Source: Flavobacteriales bacterium (GTDB lineage Bacteria > Bacteroidota > Bacteroidia > Flavobacteriales_C > GCA-002722245). From it: a stretch of 64,000 bases of DNA. Every line of letters begins with the position of its first letter. Within the stretch, counting starts at the first letter, position 1. Under the pieces are notes generated by a model. The model worked only from the letters and a program-made list of their open reading frames with translations, ran no database searches and was not told the origin of the DNA. Location: the NCBI GenBank assembly GCA_947444925.1, contig CANFBW010000001.1, positions 29,823 through 93,822 of the forward strand, read 5' to 3'. The position numbers were made by a program, and so were the translations under genes. Below, piece by piece: positions 56,722 to 64,000 of this stretch.

Positions 56722-57839
56722 TGAATTTCAATCAAGTTATAGCACAGTATTCTTGGGACAACGTAAAAGAAAGTATTTACGCCAAAACAGCCGTTGATGT
56801 TGAAAAAGCATTGACTGCAGAACAAGTTAGTTTAGAAGATTTTAAAGCTTTGATTTCGCCGGCAGCGGAGCCTTTTTTAGAACGGATGGCAGTTCAAAGT
56901 CGAGCCCTTACTTTAAAGCGTTTTGGCAACACAGTGCAAATGTTTGCCCCTTTGTATTTGTCAAATGAGTGTCAAAACATATGCACCTATTGCGGTTTCA
57001 GTTTGCACAATAAAATTTTGCGCACCACCTTAACCGATGCACAAATTATACGCGAGTGTGAAGCCGTAAAAGTTTTGGGCTTTGACCATATTTTATTGGT
57101 GACGGGCGAAGCCAATAAAACGGTGGGGGTTGATTATTTGATCAACGCCATTAGATTGGTGCGGCCTTATTTTGCAAACATTTCAATTGAAGTGCAGCCT
57201 TTGGAGCAAGCCGAGTACGAGTTGCTGATTCAAGAAGGATTGTATGCCGTGCTGGTATATCAGGAAACCTACCACCAAGAGGAATACAAAACACACCATA
57301 CCAAAGGAAAAAAATCGAATTACGAATACAGAATAGATACGCCTGACCGTCTCGGAAAGGCGGGGGTGCACAAAATTGGATTGGGTGTTTTGATTGGTTT
57401 GGAAGATTGGCGTGCCGATTCTTTTTTCAATGCTTTGCACTTGAGCTATCTTGAAAAAAATTATTGGCAAACGCGTTATTCTGTTTCCTTTCCACGGCTG
57501 CGTCCGGCCGAAGGCCTGTTGGAACCTAAAGTGGTGATGAACGACAAACAATTGGTGCAATTGATTTGTGCTTACCGCATTTTCAATGAAAATGTCGAGC
57601 TGTCGATCTCTACCCGTGAAAATGCAGCCTTCAGAAACAATATTTTTAAAATCGGAATCACCTCTATGTCTGCGGGTTCTAAAACCAATCCGGGCGGTTA
57701 TGCTGTGTTTCCTGAAAAGGAAAGTTTAGAGCAGTTTGAAATCGACGACAGTCGCAGTCCCCATGAAGTGGCACAAATGATTCAGTCGCAAGGCTACGAA
57801 TCGGTTTGGAAAGATTGGGATAAAGTGTTTAATTTATAG
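56721..57839 (+). CDS. thiH: 2-iminoacetate synthase ThiH (radical SAM)
   Basis: CQNICTYCGFS is the CX3CX2C radical-SAM motif. 372 aa. TAATG stop/start overlap with thiG. Confidence 0.9.
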   Translation: MNFNQVIAQYSWDNVKESIYAKTAVDVEKALTAEQVSLEDFKALISPAAEPFLERMAVQSRALTLKRFGNTVQMFAPLYLSNECQNICTYCGFSLHNKILRTTLTDAQIIRECEAVKVLGFDHILLVTGEANKTVGVDYLINAIRLVRPYFANISIEVQPLEQAEYELLIQEGLYAVLVYQETYHQEEYKTHHTKGKKSNYEYRIDTPDRLGKAGVHKIGLGVLIGLEDWRADSFFNALHLSYLEKNYWQTRYSVSFPRLRPAEGLLEPKVVMNDKQLVQLICAYRIFNENVELSISTRENAAFRNNIFKIGITSMSAGSKTNPGGYAVFPEKESLEQFEIDDSRSPHEVAQMIQSQGYESVWKDWDKVFNL

Positions 57840-57909
57840 TCTGTAATTTTTGTACAACCATTAACGATTGAAATTTGTAGTGCAGTCTCATTGACTACCG
57901 AAGAAAGTT

Positions 57910-60900
57910 ATGCATAAAATCAAAGTGCTTCTGGTATTGAGTTTGTTGTATGTTTGTGCTTTTTCGCAGCCCGATAAGTTCAAGCTGTACAGCATCACCA
58001 AGGAAGATGGATTGATGAGCGACTACATTGAAAATGTGTTTCGCGACAGCTACGGTTTTTTATGGGTGGCGAATGTAGAAGGGTTGAACCGCTGGGATGG
58101 CAGCACTTTTAAAAAGTACCGGCACTCCAATGACGACAGCACCAGCTTGGTCAACAATATCGTTTATTCTATTTTTCAAGACAGTCAGCAGCGCTTGTGG
58201 TTTGGTACCAATAGCGGGCTCAATCTTTACGACCGTGAGCGCGATTGCTTCATCGCTTGCAATACAGGTAGTCCCGATCCTTCGGTGTCGGTCAATGTGG
58301 TCACCGAAGATTCAAAGCACCAGTTGTGGTTGGGTACTTCAAGCGGTGTGTGTAAGTACGATCACTTGCATAAAAAAAGTCAATGGTACAGCCACGAAAG
58401 AGGCAATCCAAACTCCTTGAGCGACAACAATGTTTTGGGCTTGAGTATCGACGATTACGACAATATTTGGATAGGCACCTTCAATGGCGGGGTGAACAAA
58501 TTGGTTGATGCCACTAAAAAATTCACGCGCTTTTCGCACGACGAAGACAATGCCAAAAGTATTTGCAGCAATAAAATTCGCACCGTTTTGGCCGACCACA
58601 ACAACAACATTTGGATAGGTACTTTTGAAAGCGGTGTCACTTTGCTTAACAACAAAGGCGCAGTGTTGAGGCATTATTCGGATTTCTCCGATAAAAACCA
58701 TCCTTCCGCCACACGCGATGCCGTTATCAGTATTTACGAAGACAAAAGCAATACCATTTGGGTGGGTTCTGACAATGAGTTGGCTTATTTTTTGGATGCC
58801 AACCGCAAGGTTTTTGTGCCCTTCGACAATTCACCCTACAAAAAATTCAATGTGGTGTGCCACTCGGTGTCGTCTATTTACGAAGACAATGCCGGCAACC
58901 TTTGGTTTGGAACCCACGGCTATGGCTTGTTTTACACGAGTAGTCGCAAAAATATTTTTCGCCATTTCCACAAAAGTGATCCCAATACAAGGGGATTGAA
59001 CCATGATTTTACTTCTGCGTTTTACGAAGACAAGAAAGGCGATATTTGGGTTGGTACCGATGGTGGCGGACTCACGCGCTTTGAACCCCGAACAAATAAA
59101 TTCACCAACTATTCCACTGACAATGGATTGAGCAGCAATTCTATTTTAGAAATTAAAGAAGACCACAAAGGCAATCTTTGGTTGGCGACGTGGAGTGGGG
59201 GCTTGATTTGTTTTGATCCCAAAAGCGCCAAAAGCACTACCTATACCTATAACGCCAAAGATCCATCGTCGCTCATTTTCAACAACATCAAATCCATTTT
59301 AATTGAAGACTCTGTCATCTGGGTGGGTACGCATGGCGAAGGCATTGCTGTTTTTGATTTGCAAAGCAAAAAGTTTATCCACCACAAAAACAACAAAACC
59401 ATTCCTTTTGACATGAAGTTGCCCGCTTGGATCAACCACTTGTTTAAAGATTCGAAGGGACGTATTTGGATGAGTAGCTACGATGGCTTGTTTGTGTACG
59501 ACCGCAAAAAACTGGGCCGTTACATTCATTCTGCTGATAGCAGCAGCATCAGCAGCAACGATGTCAACATGGTGGCCGAAGATTTAAATGGGCAAATATG
59601 GGCCATTACTGAATCAGGTGGACTCGAACTGTTCAATGAAAAAACACAAAGCTTCACCCACTTTAGCGAACGCTACCGTTTGCCGCAAACATTGAAAGCT
59701 ATTGTATTTGACAATAAAGGTACCCTGTGGTTGAGTTCAAACGAAGGACTGTTAGCGCTGCATACAAAAACACAAAAATTAGAGCGCTTCGATGTGTCTG
59801 ACGGTTTGCAAGGAAATTCCTTCTTCATCAAGTCAGTGTTAAAAAACCGAGCCGGTGAATTGTATTTTGGTGGAACCAATGGCTTCAATGTTTTTGATCC
59901 CAATAAAATTAAGGCCGCTGCGGCTTCTTTTCCGGTGTACCTCACCGAGCTATATGTTTTTGACGAACTGCAAAAACCAGGTGCTGCTGAATCGCCATTG
60001 AACAAGGTGATCAACTTTACCGATACTTTGGTGTTGAACGCTGATCAGTCGTTTTTCACCATTGCTTTTACAGCAGTGAATTTATATGCCGCAAGTAAAA
60101 TGGAATTTGCTTACCAGCTCGAAGGCTTGCACGACGAGTGGATTGTGGTGCACGGTGATCGCAAAGTATCGTTTACCAATCTTGATCCGGGTAAATACAT
60201 TTTTAAAATCAAATGCACCAATTTAGGTGCACAAGATGATGCGCAGGTAAAGCAATTATTGATCGTTATTTTGCCGCCCTGGTGGAAAACAGCGTGGTTT
60301 AAGTTTTTGGTTTTTATCGCCGTTATTGGCGCCGTTGCCTTGGTGTTTTACTTGCGTCTCAATGCCATTAAAGAGCGCAACAAACAGTTGAAAATTGAGG
60401 TGGCTGCGCGCACCCAAGAACTCACCGATACCAATATGGTGCTGGTAGAGCGCAACGATGAAATTAAAAGTCAAAACAAAAAACTCGAGGCATACAACGA
60501 CGAAGTAACCAAGCAGTCGGAGCGCATTTTAAAACAACAATCCGAAATTCTTGCCCAAAATCAAGAACTCGAACAAACGGTGAATGAGCTCACCAAGCTG
60601 AACCAAACCAAAAATAAATTCTTCTCCATTTTGGCGCACGACCTTAAAAGTCACGTGTACGCCCTCACCAGTATTTCTAATTTATTGAAGAAAAAGTTGC
60701 CAAGTATTGAAAAAGATGCTGTTTCTGAATACGTTGACAGCATTGATAAATCGTCCAATTCCATTTATCAATTGTTGATTAATCTTTTAGACTGGGCGCG
60801 TACACAATCGAAAAACATTCCTTATTCTCCCGCCGGTGTTAATGTTTATGAGTTGGTGACAAAAAATGGTATTTTGATGGAGCAGCAGTTCCGCACCAAA

Positions 60901-62163
60901 AACATTGCCTTGGAGGTTAAAATTGATCAAGCACATTACATATATGCCGACTATCCGATGATTGATTCAGTGGTGCGCAATATCATTGGCAACAGCATCA
61001 AGTTCACCGCCGCCATGGGAAAAATCACTGTAGAGTCAGAAGAATTAGGTGATGAAATATTGATACGCATTCGCGACAATGGTATTGGCATGACCAAAGA
61101 GCAAATTGACAATGTTTTTAAAATCGACAAAAATACTTCGTCGCGCGGTACGGCAGGTGAAACCGGAACAGGATTGGGACTGATCATTTCCAGCGAATTT
61201 TTAGAAATCAACAAAGGCGCATTGCTCATTGAAAGTGAACCCGCTCAAGGTTCGGTGTTTACCATTAAAGTGCCGCGTTTCCGCTCGGCGGTGCCTTTAG
61301 ACAATTCAGGAGTAATTGGTGCATATCCGGCAGGAATCAATATTGTAGAGCATTCACTGCAGAAGAAGTTAACCGACGACAAGATTTTAAAAATCAAAGG
61401 AAAGCGCTTGCTCATCGTTGAAGACAATCAAGAATTGCGCTCCTTCCTGCGCTTGTTGCTGTCAGATGTATTCACAATATTTGAAGCTGAAAATGGAGCA
61501 GAGGGACTCAAAATGGCCGCCGAATGCCAGCCTGCAGTCATTATCACCGACATGATGATGCCCGTAATGAATGGTTTGGAATTTTGCAGTGCCATAAAAA
61601 ATTCAAAAATGACCTCCCACATTCCGGTGATTATGTTGACCGGCCAAAGCGATGAAGAAAGCCAATTGTCGGGTTACGAAGCCGGTGCCGAGGTGTATTT
61701 GACAAAGCCGGTGAGTCAAGATATTTTGTTTCAAGTGATTTTGAACTTTATTCAAAACCAAGAAAAAATCCGTCAAAAAATATTGCAGTCCAACGACCTC
61801 TATCCTGAAGATGTGGTGATCAATAGGCTCGACGAAGAGTTTTTAAACGAGATTATTGTCTTCATTGAAAAACATTTATCAGACAGTGGTTTAGATTCTA
61901 AAATGATTTGCGAGCACATGGGCATCAGTCGCACCGTGCTTTATTCAAAATTTAAAATCATTACCGGTCAAGGTGTGCAAGAGTTTATCAAGTCGGTGCG
62001 ACTCAAAAAGAGTTTGAAATTGCTTTTTGAGCGACGCTTGACCATCAGTGAAACCGGCTATGAAGTTGGTTTTAGCAGTCCATCGTATTTCATCCGTTGT
62101 TTCACGCAGCAATACGGAATGCCTCCGAAAGAGTACATTACTTTTCATAAGCAACAGCAGTGA
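57910..62163 (+). CDS. Hybrid two-component system sensor kinase / response regulator (HTCS): Reg_prop beta-propellers, Y_Y_Y, TM, HisKA, HATPase_c, REC, AraC-HTH
   Basis: Signal peptide. More than 12 WxGT/WxGS propeller repeats. TM helix WFKFLVFIAVIGAVALVFYL. H-box FFSILAHDLKSH. G2 box GTGLGLII. REC domain LLIVEDNQELRSFL...ITDMMMP. The C-terminal AraC HTH ends in FSSPSYFIRCF. Confidence 0.85.
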   Translation: MHKIKVLLVLSLLYVCAFSQPDKFKLYSITKEDGLMSDYIENVFRDSYGFLWVANVEGLNRWDGSTFKKYRHSNDDSTSLVNNIVYSIFQDSQQRLWFGTNSGLNLYDRERDCFIACNTGSPDPSVSVNVVTEDSKHQLWLGTSSGVCKYDHLHKKSQWYSHERGNPNSLSDNNVLGLSIDDYDNIWIGTFNGGVNKLVDATKKFTRFSHDEDNAKSICSNKIRTVLADHNNNIWIGTFESGVTLLNNKGAVLRHYSDFSDKNHPSATRDAVISIYEDKSNTIWVGSDNELAYFLDANRKVFVPFDNSPYKKFNVVCHSVSSIYEDNAGNLWFGTHGYGLFYTSSRKNIFRHFHKSDPNTRGLNHDFTSAFYEDKKGDIWVGTDGGGLTRFEPRTNKFTNYSTDNGLSSNSILEIKEDHKGNLWLATWSGGLICFDPKSAKSTTYTYNAKDPSSLIFNNIKSILIEDSVIWVGTHGEGIAVFDLQSKKFIHHKNNKTIPFDMKLPAWINHLFKDSKGRIWMSSYDGLFVYDRKKLGRYIHSADSSSISSNDVNMVAEDLNGQIWAITESGGLELFNEKTQSFTHFSERYRLPQTLKAIVFDNKGTLWLSSNEGLLALHTKTQKLERFDVSDGLQGNSFFIKSVLKNRAGELYFGGTNGFNVFDPNKIKAAAASFPVYLTELYVFDELQKPGAAESPLNKVINFTDTLVLNADQSFFTIAFTAVNLYAASKMEFAYQLEGLHDEWIVVHGDRKVSFTNLDPGKYIFKIKCTNLGAQDDAQVKQLLIVILPPWWKTAWFKFLVFIAVIGAVALVFYLRLNAIKERNKQLKIEVAARTQELTDTNMVLVERNDEIKSQNKKLEAYNDEVTKQSERILKQQSEILAQNQELEQTVNELTKLNQTKNKFFSILAHDLKSHVYALTSISNLLKKKLPSIEKDAVSEYVDSIDKSSNSIYQLLINLLDWARTQSKNIPYSPAGVNVYELVTKNGILMEQQFRTKNIALEVKIDQAHYIYADYPMIDSVVRNIIGNSIKFTAAMGKITVESEELGDEILIRIRDNGIGMTKEQIDNVFKIDKNTSSRGTAGETGTGLGLIISSEFLEINKGALLIESEPAQGSVFTIKVPRFRSAVPLDNSGVIGAYPAGINIVEHSLQKKLTDDKILKIKGKRLLIVEDNQELRSFLRLLLSDVFTIFEAENGAEGLKMAAECQPAVIITDMMMPVMNGLEFCSAIKNSKMTSHIPVIMLTGQSDEESQLSGYEAGAEVYLTKPVSQDILFQVILNFIQNQEKIRQKILQSNDLYPEDVVINRLDEEFLNEIIVFIEKHLSDSGLDSKMICEHMGISRTVLYSKFKIITGQGVQEFIKSVRLKKSLKLLFERRLTISETGYEVGFSSPSYFIRCFTQQYGMPPKEYITFHKQQQ

Positions 62164-62371
62164 AAGTGGGGTTGTGTTCAAACTAAATTGGAGTAATTCT
62201 TAAGAGGGATTTTCCGATTACATCAAACTTATTTAATTGACGGTGGTGGAAGTTTCAGTGTTTTCCTTTTTTTGCTAGGTGGTATTTCAACTGCAAGCAC
62301 AATAGCGGCAGCATAGGTAACAATGATCTATTCTTTCCCTAAGAGGTATTCGTTACATCTTAAAAAGCTAT

Positions 62372-64000
62372 ATGAAAAAACAAATTACTCCCAGCGCTAT
62401 TGTTGTTTTGCTGTTCATTTTATTAGGCACGCTTTCGCAAGTGCAAGCCAAATGTCCTGCTGTTTTTATTAATGATTTTTCCGTTTCTGCGAAATTGGTT
62501 TGTCCGGGCGGCAAGGTTAGTTTTGACATTTCCACCGACTATGAGAATACAGTCGTGTGGAATTTTGGCAATGGGAGTGTTTCTACTAACCGAAATCCGA
62601 ACACTACCTACACTTCACCTGGAAAATACTATATTAAATGCTTAGTAAGCAGCAGCTGTGGTAACGATAGCTTAATTCGTGATTCGATAGTGGTGTCGGC
62701 AAATATTCCTTATTTCACTTTGAGTGCAAATGCAAGCAACGTAGATTCTATTTGCCCAAATGCGAAAGTAACTTTTAATGTCAATGGAGGAGATTACAAA
62801 ACGATCAATTGGAGTTTTGACAATGGTCATACGGCAACTAAAAGCGCTGTTGATGAAAAATTTACAACATTGGGTGATCATCCTTATACGCTTGTGCTCA
62901 CCGATTTTTGTAACAATGACACCACGCTTCACGGAAAAACAGTTGTTAGACACACATCTGATTTTAAAGAAGTCTTAAGGATAAATGCTCCCGATTCGGT
63001 ATGCTCTAAGGCAAAGATGACCTATAATTGTAATAAAGAGATGCAAGAAATTCGTTGGACTTTTGGTGATGGAGATTCATTCGTCGGCAATCAACAGATG
63101 GTAACACATTTTTACAAAACTGACGGAAAGTATACGGTATCACTTACGGCAACTGACTTTTGTGGAAATCAGTTGACAGTCACCGATACCGTTATTGTGA
63201 TGAACAGCATTAAACCTAGGTTCGATGGTTTTTCAAAAATGACTGACACCGTATGTCCTGGAGGCAATTTTTATATTATGACTTCAGCTTTGCATGCCAA
63301 TGAATTCAATTGGGATATGGGTGACGGAACGTATTTGCAAGGTGATATTATTTCTCATGAATACAGCAGCGTTGGAATGCATTATTTTTCATTGAAAATT
63401 TCAAACACTTGCGGACAGGAAATAACTGTTATAGACAGTATTTATGTATCCAGTAATCATAAAACGGATTTAACTTCTTACGAATATATGACGTTTAGCG
63501 ATGAAGCCTGTTTGGGTGACAACTTTACCATATTGAGCTTTCCATTCAGTAACTCTACCTTCATTTTAGGAAATGGGCATATTGTCAACGAAAGGCCTGA
63601 TAGCCTAGTTGATTTCACTGAAACATCAAACTTAAATATTGGATTAACGAGTTTTCACTTCAATACCTATGGCACTTATAAGATTAGTGTGACCAATAAC
63701 AGTGGTTGCGGTGTTACAGATGCTGTAGAAGTAGGTTCGGTAGAAGTCGTTTCAAGTGCTGCTGCTATGGCTTATATAGGATTGGATTTCCTTGGTGAAT
63801 CAAAGGGTAATATCGTTTACCTTAATCGATCAACCGACTTTTATGTAGGATTGGGTTCAAGCTATGATATCGATTACGGAGACGGCACAACAAAATCAAT
63901 TACTACAGGCGGCTTTATTACAGATAAACATACTTACACTGCCGAAGGAACTTACAATGTTAGCTTAAAGGTGACAAATTCATGTGGCGAATCTGATTCA
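62372..64000 (+). CDS. Secreted multi-PKD-domain protein (partial, continues beyond the window end)
   Basis: ATG at 62372 and signal peptide MKKQITPSAIVVLLFILLGTLSQVQA. At least 6 repeats of about 85 aa with the PKD-like pattern C(P/S)xxxVxF...WxFGDG....H.Y...G.Y.V.L...N.CG. The ORF is open to the window end. Confidence 0.7.
   Translation, partial: MKKQITPSAIVVLLFILLGTLSQVQAKCPAVFINDFSVSAKLVCPGGKVSFDISTDYENTVVWNFGNGSVSTNRNPNTTYTSPGKYYIKCLVSSSCGNDSLIRDSIVVSANIPYFTLSANASNVDSICPNAKVTFNVNGGDYKTINWSFDNGHTATKSAVDEKFTTLGDHPYTLVLTDFCNNDTTLHGKTVVRHTSDFKEVLRINAPDSVCSKAKMTYNCNKEMQEIRWTFGDGDSFVGNQQMVTHFYKTDGKYTVSLTATDFCGNQLTVTDTVIVMNSIKPRFDGFSKMTDTVCPGGNFYIMTSALHANEFNWDMGDGTYLQGDIISHEYSSVGMHYFSLKISNTCGQEITVIDSIYVSSNHKTDLTSYEYMTFSDEACLGDNFTILSFPFSNSTFILGNGHIVNERPDSLVDFTETSNLNIGLTSFHFNTYGTYKISVTNNSGCGVTDAVEVGSVEVVSSAAAMAYIGLDFLGESKGNIVYLNRSTDFYVGLGSSYDIDYGDGTTKSITTGGFITDKHTYTAEGTYNVSLKVTNSCGESDS

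Overview
This 64-kb window looks like a chromosomal segment from a Bacteroidota (Bacteroidetes) genome. The evidence is a type-A T9SS C-terminal sorting domain on a giant surface protein, a hybrid two-component system (HTCS) with an AraC helix-turn-helix, a -33 TTTG / -7 TAnnTTTG promoter motif, and a low GC content of roughly 40% judged by eye. About 60 genes are tightly packed on both strands, several with 4-bp ATGA overlaps. Most of the window is housekeeping. This includes anmK, purQ, sppA, folK, mutS, proC, folC, exbBD, mscL, ahcY, and a complete TPP-riboswitch-controlled thi operon (thiS-thiC-thiE/tenI-thiD-thiE-thiG-thiH). No CRISPR array, transposase, integrase or rRNA gene was seen. 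One tRNA gene, tRNA-Val(UAC), is present on the minus strand. Three regions are worth a closer look. (1) A co-directional minus-strand block at 33.3-43.3 kb carries an MBOAT O-acyltransferase, a membrane-anchored SGNH/DltD-AlgJ-like partner, an FkbH-like (HAD-IIIC) loader, a small acyl carrier protein, a hotdog dehydratase and an SDR reductase. The tRNA-Val sits in the middle of this block, and an MMPL/RND exporter, a GT2 glycosyltransferase and a membrane fatty-acid desaturase lie beyond it. I interpret this as a candidate Dlt-like carrier-protein-dependent extracytoplasmic acylation system in which an FkbH-type loader replaces the adenylating enzyme. (2) A 1776-aa T9SS cargo protein is built from eight tandem repeats of about 490 bp, alternating between two repeat types. 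(3) An archaeal-type GGGPS/PcrB-family gene lies next to a palindromic operator-like site. All functional calls rest on reading motifs in the supplied translations by eye. I could not run database searches, GC calculations or RNA folding.
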